This document shows, piece after piece, positions 1 to 9,400 of a DNA stretch of 32,000 nucleotides; position 1 is the first letter of the stretch, and every line of letters begins with the position of its first letter. Made by a program: the position numbers and the translations under genes. Below the pieces are notes generated by a model. It saw nothing but the letters and a program-made list of their open reading frames with translations, was not told the DNA's origin and searched no databases. The DNA lies in the NCBI GenBank assembly GCA_025340205.1, contig CP006868.1, forward strand, positions 1,620,001 through 1,652,000. Reading direction: 5' to 3'. Source of the stretch: Ignicoccus pacificus DSM 13166. GTDB lineage: Archaea; Thermoproteota; Thermoprotei_A; Sulfolobales; Ignicoccaceae.

Positions 1-1008
1 TGGGTCGACTGCGTTTGGTCTGTTAGTAGCAGCTATAACGACGACATCTTCCCTAGCTTCAAGTCCATCCAGAAGGGTCAACAGCTGTGCCACTACCCTC
101 TTCTCCACCTCGCCGGTTACCTCCTCCCTCTTGGGGGCTATGGCGTCTATCTCGTCGATGAATATGATGCTCGGAGCGTTCTTCCTAGCCTCCTCGAAGA
201 TCTCCCTCAACCTCTGCTCGCTCTCTCCGTAGTACTTGCTCATGATCTCTGGTCCGTTTATGGCGATGAAATGCGCCTCTGTTTCGTTAGCCAGCGCTTT
301 CGCCAGAAGCGTCTTACCGGTACCAGGAGGGCCGTAGAGGAGCACTCCCTTGGGAGGCTCTATTCCCAATCTCTTGAAGACTTCGGGATACCTTAAGGGT
401 AACTCGATGAGCTCTCTGAGCTTCTGTATTACCGGCCCGAGCCCTCCTATGTCCTCCCAAGTTACCTTGGGAACCTTAGTCTGCTCGACGTACCTCTCTA
501 GGATAATGATATTGGTGTTATGAGTTATCCTAACGACGCCGCTTGGCTTAGTGTGAACGATGACGAAGGGTATGGTTTGACCGAGTATGGGTATGAGTAC
601 CGTATCTCCCTCGACTACTGGGAAGTCCATTAGCTTCTTCTTAGCATAAGGCACGAAGCCTTCGTCTATAGTCACATTAAAGCTGGTAGGAGCCAATTTC
701 ACGAGCACTGCTTTCTTCACCTTAGCTTTTCTAACATAGACCTTGTCTCCTATGTTCACTCCAGCATTTCTTCTAATGAGACCATCCATTCTAATGATGT
801 CCAGTCCTTGATCCTCCGGGTAAGCGGGCCAGACGGTGGCGGCCGTTACCCTCTTACCCTCTATTTCGACGACATCTCCATTGTGCAGACCCAACATGTC
901 CATAATCATCTTGTCTATTCTGACTCTCCCTCTGCCAACATCTCTTTGTTTAGCTTCCATTACCTTGAGCTCTACACCTTTTGGACTTATTCTCTCAGAT
1001 ATTGACAC
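1..1008 (-). CDS. cdc48: CDC48/VCP-type AAA+ ATPase, N-terminal part (N domain plus start of D1); the 3' end runs off the window
   Basis: Hand translation of the reverse strand gives [33 protein letters not shown] (CDC48 N domain). It then gives [78 protein letters not shown] (D1 Walker A and B). A GTG at 1008-1006 lies about 22 nt downstream of a TTTTATAT box. The ATG at 960 is an alternative start. Confidence 0.9.
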   Translation of the reverse strand, partial: MSISERISPKGVELKVMEAKQRDVGRGRVRIDKMIMDMLGLHNGDVVEIEGKRVTAATVWPAYPEDQGLDIIRMDGLIRRNAGVNIGDKVYVRKAKVKKAVLVKLAPTSFNVTIDEGFVPYAKKKLMDFPVVEGDTVLIPILGQTIPFVIVHTKPSGVVRITHNTNIIILERYVEQTKVPKVTWEDIGGLGPVIQKLRELIELPLRYPEVFKRLGIEPPKGVLLYGPPGTGKTLLAKALANETEAHFIAINGPEIMSKYYGESEQRLREIFEEARKNAPSIIFIDEIDAIAPKREEVTGEVEKRVVAQLLTLLDGLEAREDVVVIAATNRPNAVDP

Positions 1009-1029
1009 TATCCTACCCGCCCTATGCTG

Positions 1030-1037
1030 ATATAAAA
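1030..1037 (-). promoter_or_regulatory. TATA-box-like element upstream of cdc48
   Basis: The reverse strand reads TTTTATAT about 22 nt upstream of the GTG at 1008. This spacing fits a leaderless archaeal transcript. Confidence 0.4.
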
Positions 1038-1043
1038 CAGCTT

Positions 1044-1451
1044 TTAAGGAGGGGTCTTGGAAATGCCCAAACACAGCTTTCCGTCTTCCTCCCACACATC
1101 GACCACGTCACCATCCCTTAGGTCTAACTTCCCGAACATGTCGCCATGGGTTATCCCAGCCATCACGCATCCGCTTACGACTATGGGGTCGGTCTCCTCC
1201 TCAAAGATTATCGCTAGAGGTTGATTTCCGTAGTACTTCAATGCATAAATTACGTAGGCGCCAACGGTGGAACCCTTCGCTCCCTCAGCTATTAAGACTT
1301 TACCTTTTATTGATCTACCATCATAAAGCTTTCCTTCCTTTGGATTTACTTCACCCAAGAAGCTAATTCTTCCTTCTATCTTGACGACCTCCCCCCTTCC
1401 GGTCTCACTTGTTATGAGTCTCCTTCCGCACCTCAAGTTACCACTCTCCAT
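1044..1451 (-). CDS. Aconitase X swivel-domain protein (DUF126); small subunit of phosphomevalonate dehydratase
   Basis: The product is 135 aa with a DUF126-like core ([51 protein letters not shown]). It overlaps the 3' end of the DUF521 gene by 19 nt, the usual AcnX large/small pairing. Confidence 0.75.
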   Translation of the reverse strand: MESGNLRCGRRLITSETGRGEVVKIEGRISFLGEVNPKEGKLYDGRSIKGKVLIAEGAKGSTVGAYVIYALKYYGNQPLAIIFEEETDPIVVSGCVMAGITHGDMFGKLDLRDGDVVDVWEEDGKLCLGISKTPP

Positions 1452-2596
1452 AGATCCCTCACCCTTACCAAAGCAACTTCCAGTCCCTTTCTATTAAGAT
1501 AGAAATAGGTCTTCGCGCTCGTGGTCATAATTCTCTTATAACCCAAACGTTCTATCGGCGTCACAACACTACAAGTCCCCTTCACTACCTTGATACCCTT
1601 GTTCTCCAAGCTCTGAATTATACCTTCTCGTAAAGCCTCATCGAATACCTTCGGCGAAGTAGCTATCCAGAACTCTCTGCTAACTTTATCCTTTATTATT
1701 TCGTTTATTTTCTTTAGCTCGTTTAAGTTTGAATGAGGACATCCGTGAAATATTAGCTCTGGATCATTGAATCGAAACAGTTCTTCTATTTCCTTTTCGT
1801 CGATCTCAACTCTTTCTTCGTCACCAATATCGTATGTTCCTCGGGGAGTTACCTTCTCCAGAACGCTTAGTGCTATCCCTCCAGAAGCGGCTGAAGCTGC
1901 TAGCATTAGCTTCATCGACTCCTCATCTTGCGGTGGTTTAGGATAGCGAGGTATTCCGCTTCCCACCTTTTCACCTACAAGGTATCCTAAGGCACTCCAC
2001 TCTACGGGGTCGTCGAGTTCTGGGTGGACTATCAAGTGCGTGGTCCTCCTATTCTCAAGAACTTGAAGACCTGCATGATACGTCTTACCGGTTATCGCTG
2101 AGGCCACCGCTAGTGGTCCGCCTTCTCTGTTCGTGAATGATCCCAAAACGCTGTTCGCAAAGGCGACGGCGCTGCTCTCTCCCCAAGAGAGTCTCTCGAA
2201 GGGTTTTGGCTTTCTGAGATAGTAAGGAGTACACGTAACGCTTATCTCAAAACCCATGTCCTTGAATGCTTGCAATACTTCCATCTGCTTCTTGTAGAAT
2301 TGCTCACCTACAGGTATCTTGTTAGGATCATCTAAATCCATTCCAATAGGGTTTACAGTGCTGTATACTCTAGCCTTTGCGCCTTTGGAAGACAACTCCC
2401 TTAGCCAATGGAGGCCGGGTTCACCTATTGTACCATAAGAAACGCCAGAGGCGTGAGCGTGGGATATGTCGACTAGCTTATCTGCTCCCAGTACCTCGCC
2501 GACCTTCACAACTATTTCCATAGCAATCCTCATCGCTTCTCCGTACTCCCCCTTCAGCATCCTCTCCTCTTCACGCGTTAGATGCAACGGATGCAC
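1433..2596 (-). CDS. Aconitase X catalytic-domain protein (DUF521); large subunit of phosphomevalonate dehydratase
   Basis: The product is 387 aa. Its N-terminus (LTREEERMLKGEYGEAMRIAMEIVVKVGEVLGADKLVDISHAHASGVSY) is typical of the DUF521/AcnX family, and it is paired with the DUF126 gene downstream. Confidence 0.75.
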   Translation of the reverse strand: MHPLHLTREEERMLKGEYGEAMRIAMEIVVKVGEVLGADKLVDISHAHASGVSYGTIGEPGLHWLRELSSKGAKARVYSTVNPIGMDLDDPNKIPVGEQFYKKQMEVLQAFKDMGFEISVTCTPYYLRKPKPFERLSWGESSAVAFANSVLGSFTNREGGPLAVASAITGKTYHAGLQVLENRRTTHLIVHPELDDPVEWSALGYLVGEKVGSGIPRYPKPPQDEESMKLMLAASAASGGIALSVLEKVTPRGTYDIGDEERVEIDEKEIEELFRFNDPELIFHGCPHSNLNELKKINEIIKDKVSREFWIATSPKVFDEALREGIIQSLENKGIKVVKGTCSVVTPIERLGYKRIMTTSAKTYFYLNRKGLEVALVRVRDLWRVVT

Positions 2597-3254
2597 CCGC
2601 GAATTCCTTTAACTTTTCATAAGGATCCTTCGCTTTCATCACAGCTGAAGCTACCAAGACGCCGTTAGCACCTAGCTCTATGGCTTTCTTCACGTCATCT
2701 CCAGTAGATATACCCGCTCCGACCAATATCGGTCCGTTGAATCCGATCTCCCTAACTGCGTTTACAGTATCTGTAATCGTCTCAGGTTTGGCCTTGGAAA
2801 CCGAGATACCGGTGCCTATGAGCTCGGGTGGTTCCATCGCTACCATTGTTGGTCTCAATACGGCTACGGAAGCTGCGGTGAGCGGTGTTGGGGCGCATAC
2901 CAAGCTCTCCAGACCGTACTCGTTTAGCTTCCTCACAACTACCTCTATCTCGTCAATCCTTATTCTCTTTTCACTATGGTTGATAATGCTTCCCTTTACA
3001 AAGTCCTTTATGCCTTCAACTATTACGCTCCCAGTATGCGCTCCCGGATTCACCGGATCAACGCTCTGTGCGTATACCTTCGTCTTCTTGGCAATTGAAC
3101 TTACCTCTTTTATTTCGGTGTGGGGTGGGGCCAATATTGTCTCTACATCGTACTCATCTGCTATTCTCTCCAACGCTCTTAGTACCCTAAGGAGATGTGC
3201 TCCAAAGGAATGGGGGTAGTATACCTTAGCGTTTATGGCTATTATAGGCCTCAT
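2571..3254 (-). CDS. tpiA: Triosephosphate isomerase, short archaeal type
   Basis: The product is 227 aa and carries archaeal TIM motifs: IINHSEKR, AMEPPELIGTG and LVGAGISTGDDV. Confidence 0.9.
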   Translation of the reverse strand: MRPIIAINAKVYYPHSFGAHLLRVLRALERIADEYDVETILAPPHTEIKEVSSIAKKTKVYAQSVDPVNPGAHTGSVIVEGIKDFVKGSIINHSEKRIRIDEIEVVVRKLNEYGLESLVCAPTPLTAASVAVLRPTMVAMEPPELIGTGISVSKAKPETITDTVNAVREIGFNGPILVGAGISTGDDVKKAIELGANGVLVASAVMKAKDPYEKLKEFAGASVASNA

Positions 3255-3952
3255 CCTGTATACACCACCTTTACCTCTACGTTGCCCTTAGTGAGTTTGT
3301 TCAATTTATCGATAACCTCTTGTTGCATTCCTGCCGGTATCTCTATTTCCGCCACCAAGCTGCCATCACTCTTCCAATCGACCGACTTCAACTCTCCTAG
3401 CTTCTGAAGGCTCGAGTATGCCCTCCCGGAGAATTGTGGAGGTATTCTGACTTCAATGATCATGCGCGCTATTTTTATAGGTATAACCCTAGATATGGCC
3501 TTTACTATTTTTAGGGCCTGTTCCTCTATGTCCTTATAAGGATCTACTGATACCTTCGCTTCCTTCATAGCTGCCTCGATCCTCGCCGGAGGTATTGGCA
3601 ACTTAGTTTGGGGATCTATGGCATTTCTCGCAATGAAGTTTATCACTTGTCTTTTCTTGGCCTCCAGTATCCTCCTCCTCTGCTCAGCCGTTAGTTGAAG
3701 TTCACCTTTCATTATAATCTCCTTTGCTATTTTATTTATATCTGTTGTACCGAATGTCTTCTTCAAAAGCTCGGGGGATACTCTATCACCCGAGCCGACA
3801 TCTTTGTATACCGTATCAGTGATCAAGACTTCTTCGATTGGTATGTTCTTTCCACTTCTAAGCTCCAAGGCTTTATCGGGATCAACCAAGATCTCAAATC
3901 GATGACCCTTTATCTCCAAACGTGCTATCACGTGATCCTTCTTCCTCTTCAA
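3251..3952 (-). CDS. SBDS/Sdo1 family ribosome maturation protein
   Basis: The product is 233 aa. Its N-terminus (VIARLEIKGHRFEILVDPDKALELRSGKNIPIEEVL) is characteristic of archaeal SBDS proteins. Confidence 0.85.
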   Translation of the reverse strand: MKRKKDHVIARLEIKGHRFEILVDPDKALELRSGKNIPIEEVLITDTVYKDVGSGDRVSPELLKKTFGTTDINKIAKEIIMKGELQLTAEQRRRILEAKKRQVINFIARNAIDPQTKLPIPPARIEAAMKEAKVSVDPYKDIEEQALKIVKAISRVIPIKIARMIIEVRIPPQFSGRAYSSLQKLGELKSVDWKSDGSLVAEIEIPAGMQQEVIDKLNKLTKGNVEVKVVYTG

Positions 3953-3988
3953 AAAGGCTCCCCGAGAGTACTGAAGAGACAGCGAGGG

Positions 3989-5044
3989 TTATAGCTGAAG
4001 GGTTCCATCACGCTTAGGCATACCAATTCTAAAGGTAAAGTTCTTTTTCCTATAAAGCTTCTTAAACTCACACCATCTTTCCTTGTCTCCCATGATGATT
4101 TCCTTCTCGTATTGTATACTCCACATGGCGTAGGGCCTTCTAAATCTATTTATTTCCACTATCTTTTTCATTATTCTCTCTATTTTTTCATCTTCTTCTA
4201 AATCACTTCTAATGATATCCTTCACATCAACAAGTCTATTATATTCATTAAGACAAGGATAAAGTTTACCGTCTGGACTGACTCTTATTCTTAGACATCC
4301 TGCACAGAAGAGGGGGTTAGAAACTGGACGTACGAGCTCCACTATGCTCCCGTTTTCCATAATGAACCTCAACCTATTGTGAAGCCTCCTTATCTCCTTT
4401 CTAGAAGCCCTCTTCTCTAGTTCATTTAACAGTTCATCCGGGAAGCTGTGAGCTTGGTTGAACACGTCCTTACCCCTCCCTACGGGATGCAATTCTATTA
4501 AATGAACATTCATACCCCTACTACTGGCGAACGAGATTAAGTCCATCAATTCATCTTCATTTATCCCTTTGAGTACCGTAACGTTTATTGTTACAGGTAA
4601 ACCCAACTCTAGGGCGGTCTGAATTCCCTCAACTACTCTTTCTAGAGCGTCGACGCCCGTTATCTTACGAAATCTCTCCCTTCTGAGACTATGGAGACTC
4701 ACGTTAATTCTCTTAAGCCCAGAATCTATAAGAGCTGGAGCTAATTTCTTTAGCAAATATCCATTGGTAGTCATGCTTATGTCCTTGAATCCTATCTCAT
4801 TCAACTGAGCCACTAAGTGCTCTATTCGAGGCTTGAGTAGCGGCTCTCCTCCCGTCAACTTAACGTCCTCAGCTCCCAACGCCCTAGAGGCCTTTGCTAT
4901 TAACGCGAATTCCTCTACGTTCAACTCATCCTTTACTCCCTCAACACCCTCTCTATGACAGAAGAAGCACTTGAAGTTACAAAGATCCGTAACTGCGATC
5001 CTTAATGACTTGAATGGTCGTCCGTAAGCATCGTAGATGGTCAT
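3989..5044 (-). CDS. moaA: GTP 3',8-cyclase MoaA (radical SAM, molybdenum cofactor biosynthesis)
   Basis: YGRPFKSLRIAVTDLCNFKCFFCH carries the CX3CX2C radical SAM cluster motif. The C-terminal auxiliary cluster motif is CAGCLRIRVSPDGKLYPCL. I start at the ATG at 5044 (MTIYDAYGR) rather than the ORF-track start at 5101, which would overlap the upstream gene. Confidence 0.8.
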   Translation of the reverse strand: MTIYDAYGRPFKSLRIAVTDLCNFKCFFCHREGVEGVKDELNVEEFALIAKASRALGAEDVKLTGGEPLLKPRIEHLVAQLNEIGFKDISMTTNGYLLKKLAPALIDSGLKRINVSLHSLRRERFRKITGVDALERVVEGIQTALELGLPVTINVTVLKGINEDELMDLISFASSRGMNVHLIELHPVGRGKDVFNQAHSFPDELLNELEKRASRKEIRRLHNRLRFIMENGSIVELVRPVSNPLFCAGCLRIRVSPDGKLYPCLNEYNRLVDVKDIIRSDLEEDEKIERIMKKIVEINRFRRPYAMWSIQYEKEIIMGDKERWCEFKKLYRKKNFTFRIGMPKRDGTLQL

Positions 5045-5069
5045 CCTCCAGCCTCTGTGAAGCCTTCGC

Positions 5070-5540
5070 TTACCAAGACTTATTAATAAACCATGACTCA
5101 ACGAGAGCAGCTATCACTAAATAGACGAGACCCCTAGCTATCTTCTTAGGTTCTCTTGTAGTTGCTAAAGAGTATGCATAAAGCTCAAGTGGTGTATGGG
5201 CACCAAGTATCACCCTCCACGGAATACCAGAGGCAAGGGCCCTCGCTACCATAGCCGTGGTAGTTACACTGAAGCCTAAATACAAGGGTCCAAGAAGCAC
5301 ATTGAGAGCAAACACGACTAAGTTATTCTTGAGTATTGCAATTAATAGTCCAATGCCTTTGGTAACAGCTATTTCCCTCACATATGTCGCTAATTGTAAG
5401 GCTAGTGACCCTATGCAAGGGAGAGAGGACACCAAAGCTAAAGTTAACCAGCTCAAGAGCATCAACTTCAGGGGTTCGCGAGGAGCGTACTTATGATATA
5501 TTATCCCCATCAATATTGGAAGGAAGTCGCATAGATTCAA
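5070..5540 (-). CDS. Integral membrane protein, SpoIIM/DUF95-like
   Basis: The product is 156 aa with about four hydrophobic segments. ILKNNLVVFALNVLLG and HTPLELYAYSLA resemble the NN and H-P-x-EL signatures of the SpoIIM family. Confidence 0.5.
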   Translation of the reverse strand: MNLCDFLPILMGIIYHKYAPREPLKLMLLSWLTLALVSSLPCIGSLALQLATYVREIAVTKGIGLLIAILKNNLVVFALNVLLGPLYLGFSVTTTAMVARALASGIPWRVILGAHTPLELYAYSLATTREPKKIARGLVYLVIAALVESWFINKSW

Positions 5541-5923
5541 ATCTCTTCACCTAAAGCCAATAGGGCACCCCCACGAACACTCCTATCAGCTTTGGCAACG
5601 AGGGATAAAGGAAGCCAAGGTTTGAATGCTTCCTCTACTTCATCGAAGATTAATAACATCCATCCCTTTTCATCTCTTAACAATGACGGTGTAGAAGTCT
5701 TTAGCAATAAATAGACCTCGTTATCACAATCATCCAATACAGAATATGCTTTCATGCCCCAAACGTGGTATGCCCACTTCTTACATGTACCCAGAACTCT
5801 AAATCCAAGTTCATGCTCAATGATTAGGCGGTTACCGAATCCCTTTACTTTCACTATCTTATCTTCGTCTAGCTCTAGGATCCCCTCACGTTGAGTTCCG
5901 TAAATTCTCACCTTAATGGTCAT
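5537..5923 (-). CDS. Hypothetical protein
   Basis: An ORF with protein-like composition that overlaps the downstream gene by 4 nt. The ATG at 5923 (MTIKVRIYG) is preferred to 5944. I recognise no motif. Confidence 0.5.
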   Translation of the reverse strand: MTIKVRIYGTQREGILELDEDKIVKVKGFGNRLIIEHELGFRVLGTCKKWAYHVWGMKAYSVLDDCDNEVYLLLKTSTPSLLRDEKGWMLLIFDEVEEAFKPWLPLSLVAKADRSVRGGALLALGEEI

Positions 5924-5957
5924 CGCCCATCCTTGCAGACGCAAAAGGACTCAACTC

Positions 5958-5964
5958 TATAAAA
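5958..5964 (+). promoter_or_regulatory. TATA box for the V4R-domain gene
   Basis: TATAAAA lies 37 nt upstream of the TTG at 6001 in the divergent spacer 5924-6000. Confidence 0.35.
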
Positions 5965-6000
5965 TCTTCTTCAACGGTAGCTTGACTAGGGTACAATGAA

Positions 6001-6837
6001 TTGCCGTGGTTCAGCATACGTGACAGAGAGAGCGAGGACGTACCAGTGCTTTATCCATTCATAATGAGAGTGGGTACGATAGATGTTTATGTCCTTCAAC
6101 TAAAGTTAGAGCTCATGAAGTATAAGGAGACCTTAATATCGTTGCTTGTATATATGAACACAAAAGGCGTCGACATATTCCACATAGTTAGAGGTCCTGC
6201 CGAAGGGAAGTCTAGGTCGGTCACTTATTTCATTGTAATAAACTTGAGTAGGGCCTCAATAAACATCGAAAGTCTGAAGATAGAGCTGAGCAAGATCGAT
6301 GGAGTGAAATCTGTCACTGTTGGTGGTGAAAAATTGCTAGACATAATGGTCTTCACGAGGGCATTCCCCATATACACGTTCGAAAGAAGTATAATCTTGG
6401 GATTGACTTTTCTAAAGGCGTTCTTCAGCGCGTTTAATACTTACTTCCATCAGCCGGCGCTAGCTGCCAGCACGCTATATCAGCTGGGGTTCAGGACTGG
6501 TTTTGCCATAGCGAAGGAGCTAGCTGAACTCACTAGACACGAAGACGAAGCGTTACTGAGAGACGTTTTCGACTTCCTGAAGGCTCATGGCTTAGGATCT
6601 TTCGAGTTCAAGTCTTCTCCATTCCCACATGGAGGAGAGATCGCCATTAAGGTTACTCATGGTATAGAGGCCTCGGCATCAAACATGCCAGCACCTAGGT
6701 GTCACTTTACGAGAGGGTTGCTAAGCGGAATCATAAGCTACGTAAATGGGGGCTACATACCTATGCAAGAGGTAAAGTGCGTTGGTAAAGGGGATAAGTA
6801 TTGCTTGTTCGTAGGATCTAAGAAAACTAAGAAGTAA
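6001..6837 (+). CDS. V4R (4-vinyl reductase-like) domain protein
   Basis: The C-terminus CHFTRGLLSGIISYVNGGYIPMQEVKCVGKGDKYCLF matches the V4R pattern C-x-F-x2-G ... E-x2-C-x3-G-x3-C-x-F. The TTG start is supported only by TATA spacing. An internal ATG at 6064 is an alternative. Confidence 0.65.
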   Translation: MPWFSIRDRESEDVPVLYPFIMRVGTIDVYVLQLKLELMKYKETLISLLVYMNTKGVDIFHIVRGPAEGKSRSVTYFIVINLSRASINIESLKIELSKIDGVKSVTVGGEKLLDIMVFTRAFPIYTFERSIILGLTFLKAFFSAFNTYFHQPALAASTLYQLGFRTGFAIAKELAELTRHEDEALLRDVFDFLKAHGLGSFEFKSSPFPHGGEIAIKVTHGIEASASNMPAPRCHFTRGLLSGIISYVNGGYIPMQEVKCVGKGDKYCLFVGSKKTKK

Positions 6838-7246
6838 TTCCGCTCAGACACTCTTCCTTACACTTCTTGGACCTTCTGAACCTTTCGACGAGCCTTTCAA
6901 GTCTTCGTATGGTATCTTCACTGAAGCCATGTTCCACGAAGCATGCCTCCTCCTTCGCCCTCTCCTCTGGTACGCCTAACACATTTATGAGGAATTTCAC
7001 AATTACGTTATACTGATGCTCTATCTTTTCGGCTTGTGCAATACCATCTTGGGTAAGCTTTATCTCCCCTTTGGAATACTCAACCAATCCTCTTTCACTC
7101 AACTTCATTATGTATTGAAGTACCGTGGGTGGCCTTAGGTTCATCGCATCCGCTACATCTTTTAATCTCACATGTCCCTTCTCTTTAGCTATTCTATATA
7201 TGACTTTAATATAGTCCTCATATCGCTTTCCGTACATCGCGCTCAT
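6827..7246 (-). CDS. DtxR/MntR-family metal-dependent transcriptional repressor
   Basis: YEDYIKVIYRIAKEKGHVRLKDVADAMNLRPPTVLQYIMKLSERGLVEY forms the wHTH. VKFLINVLGVPEERAKEEACFVEH is the dimerisation/metal-site helix typical of DtxR-family proteins. Confidence 0.8.
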   Translation of the reverse strand: MSAMYGKRYEDYIKVIYRIAKEKGHVRLKDVADAMNLRPPTVLQYIMKLSERGLVEYSKGEIKLTQDGIAQAEKIEHQYNVIVKFLINVLGVPEERAKEEACFVEHGFSEDTIRRLERLVERFRRSKKCKEECLSGITS

Positions 7247-7551
7247 GGATTCTCCAACCTCTTCATTACGCTTTGAACTTTCCTATCCATATCTAAATCC
7301 TTGTCGAATCTATCATCTACCCTCATCATTATTACTACTCTTTTAACTCCCTTTTCCTTGAGCTTACTTTCTATTTCCTTTATTATTTCGCATGCTTTTG
7401 ATAAATCCTTAACCTTAAAGACAGTGGACATCGGAGTTACCTTGTACTCTTCGGATTTCTCAGCAATCACCTTTACCGCTTCAGCGACGTATTCGGAGAC
7501 ACTAGGGGAACCCGTACCGAGCGGCAGCACTTGAAGTTCCACTAGAGGCAT
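7243..7551 (-). CDS. MTH1187/YkoF-family (DUF77) protein
   Basis: MPLVELQVLPLGTGSPSVSEYVAEAVKVI ... VTPMSTV ... RVDDR matches the DUF77 pattern. The ATG at 7551 is preferred because the ORF-track start at 7584 would lie inside the AT-rich TATA element. Confidence 0.65.
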   Translation of the reverse strand: MPLVELQVLPLGTGSPSVSEYVAEAVKVIAEKSEEYKVTPMSTVFKVKDLSKACEIIKEIESKLKEKGVKRVVIMMRVDDRFDKDLDMDRKVQSVMKRLENP

Positions 7552-7582
7552 CGCGTGAGCCCCTAACAAGACCCACGGAACC

Positions 7583-7594
7583 AAAAAATAATAT
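7583..7594. promoter_or_regulatory. Shared AT-rich TATA-like element of the divergent pair 7243-7551 (-) and 7615-8286 (+)
   Basis: AAAAAATAATAT lies 21-32 nt from both proposed start codons (GTG 7615, ATG 7551). Confidence 0.35.
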
Positions 7595-7614
7595 CGCTTT
7601 TTCGGAGGATAGCT

Positions 7615-8286
7615 GTGGGAAAAGCTTTGGTGAAGCTTAAGGTAAAGGTAGTCACTTGGGATGAGGTCGTCCGCTGGTCCAACGACTTAGCCTTTTCTAT
7701 ATTGGATTCTGGCTATAGGCCCGACGTAATTATAGCAATCGCCAGGGGAGGCTTGGTTCCAGCAAGACTCTTGGTCGATTACATGAATGTCATAGATATG
7801 CTTTCTATTAAGGTCGAACATTGGATTGAAACGGGCTCGCATCAAGAGGAAGCTGTAATTAAGTACGAAACCAAGGATGTCGATCTGAGTGGAAAAAAGG
7901 TTCTCATAGTTGATGACATATGCGATACCGGCAAGAGTTTGGTAGTAGCAAGAGATTTCGTAAAGAAATATTGGAACCCTGATGAGATAAGGCTGGCCAC
8001 TCTCCAATACATCGAACCCGTCGCTCAAATTAAACCAGACTATTACGTAGATCTGGTAAAGGATTGGACGTGGTACATGTATCCATGGAACTACGTTGAA
8101 GATATGGTAAATCTAGTCAAAAAGATACTCAAAGAAGAGGGCGATCTAAGTCTTCAAGAGATAATTATCAAGTTCCAAGAGTGGTACGGCATAGTTCCGC
8201 CCTTGACTCTAGCAGAGACGATTAGAATAATGGAATATAGAGGTGTCATCGAGAGAAAGAACGGCAAGTACGTATTAACTACATAA
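7615..8286 (+). CDS. Purine phosphoribosyltransferase with a C-terminal winged-helix-like extension
   Basis: DVIIAIARGGLVPARLL and the PRPP loop KKVLIVDDICDTGKSL are type I PRT motifs. The last 60 aa or so (LSLQEIIIKFQEWYGIVPPLTLAETIRIMEYRGVIERKNGKYVL) look like a wHTH. The start codon is GTG. Confidence 0.75.
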   Translation: MGKALVKLKVKVVTWDEVVRWSNDLAFSILDSGYRPDVIIAIARGGLVPARLLVDYMNVIDMLSIKVEHWIETGSHQEEAVIKYETKDVDLSGKKVLIVDDICDTGKSLVVARDFVKKYWNPDEIRLATLQYIEPVAQIKPDYYVDLVKDWTWYMYPWNYVEDMVNLVKKILKEEGDLSLQEIIIKFQEWYGIVPPLTLAETIRIMEYRGVIERKNGKYVLTT

Positions 8287-8321
8287 CCCCATTCATCATT
8301 TTTCACTTAGGGCAAATCACG

Positions 8322-9389
8322 GTGTCGCAACCGGACTTTTACGTTATCGGTGCCGGCCCTGCTGGTGTCGCCATAGCTCATTACCTAAGTGATCGTGGAT
8401 TTCGCGTTAGGATCTATGAAGCTAGACCAAGGGTTGGCGACAAACCATGTGGAGGAGGGGTCCCTACTGAGATCAACCGCTGGCTCCCTGTCCCGGAGGA
8501 AAGCATACTCAACAGCATATCCTCTATGGAGGTTTACTTCGAAGATAAGAGATTGGGACGCTGGGATTCTGGTAGGAAAATATTCTTCCTCGTAGATAGA
8601 ACAAAATACTTGGAGGAGTATCTTAATAATGACTTAATAGAATTAAAGCTCTCTACTGCGGTAAAGATAAGGAACAATGATGAGTTCCTAGTTGAGGATA
8701 AGAAATTAGAAAAGGAGAAGGTAATTGTAGCTACCGGAGTTACTTGGAGGCTAAAAGAGAGAGACATGGTAGCAAACACTATTCAGTACATAATGGAGGG
8801 AGTCAAAATAGATGAAGTGCATACAATGAAATTCCTATTCTATCAAGGTTTAGTTGGTTACGCATGGATCTTCCCATTATCAGAGAATTCTGTAAAAGTA
8901 GGTATAGGAGGTATCAATGTGAGTGTCGACGAACTAGAAAATAAACTAAATTCAATAATTAAGAAATACAAACTTGAAGGTAAGGTTGTCAAAAGAGAAG
9001 GTGCTCCCATAGATATGGGAGGTCTGAAACCTGAATGGGGTGGTGGACCTCCATATGCAATAGGAGAGGCCATAGGTGCTGTAATGCCCTTAACAGGTGA
9101 AGGAATAAGACCTAGCATAATAACGGCACATGCCCTCGCCACCGCTCTAACAAAGAACAATAATTACAAGAAGATTCTAAGCGGCCTTGGCATATACAAA
9201 GCATCGAAGCTCCAGAGGAAGATACTGGAAAGGGTCTTGAAACAAGGAGCCGAGCTACCGTTCAAAGATAAAGAACTATCTCCTAAGACGATAGAAGCTA
9301 TATACAAGTTGGGTATGGGTGAGTTGGGACTTAGAGATCTTCTCTCACTGGCCAGCAAGTTGCCATCATTGTTAAGAGGGATAATTTGA
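8322..9389 (+). CDS. FAD-dependent geranylgeranyl reductase family oxidoreductase
   Basis: FYVIGAGPAGVAIAHYL is a dinucleotide-binding fold. DKPCGGGVP is the Cys motif characteristic of the GGR family. The start codon is GTG. Confidence 0.7.
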   Translation: MSQPDFYVIGAGPAGVAIAHYLSDRGFRVRIYEARPRVGDKPCGGGVPTEINRWLPVPEESILNSISSMEVYFEDKRLGRWDSGRKIFFLVDRTKYLEEYLNNDLIELKLSTAVKIRNNDEFLVEDKKLEKEKVIVATGVTWRLKERDMVANTIQYIMEGVKIDEVHTMKFLFYQGLVGYAWIFPLSENSVKVGIGGINVSVDELENKLNSIIKKYKLEGKVVKREGAPIDMGGLKPEWGGGPPYAIGEAIGAVMPLTGEGIRPSIITAHALATALTKNNNYKKILSGLGIYKASKLQRKILERVLKQGAELPFKDKELSPKTIEAIYKLGMGELGLRDLLSLASKLPSLLRGII

Positions 9390-9400
9390 GGAGAGGGAGT

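Noticed and set aside
2680-3219. 179-aa plus-strand ORF antisense to tpiA
   Set aside because: It is a shadow ORF entirely inside a confidently identified gene on the opposite strand. Its composition is Ser/Thr/Ile/Leu-rich and low-complexity, with no motif.
8389-9358. Several 64-100 aa ORFs on both strands within the geranylgeranyl reductase gene
   Set aside because: All are contained within a CDS that has a clear FAD-binding motif. None has a start context or motif of its own.
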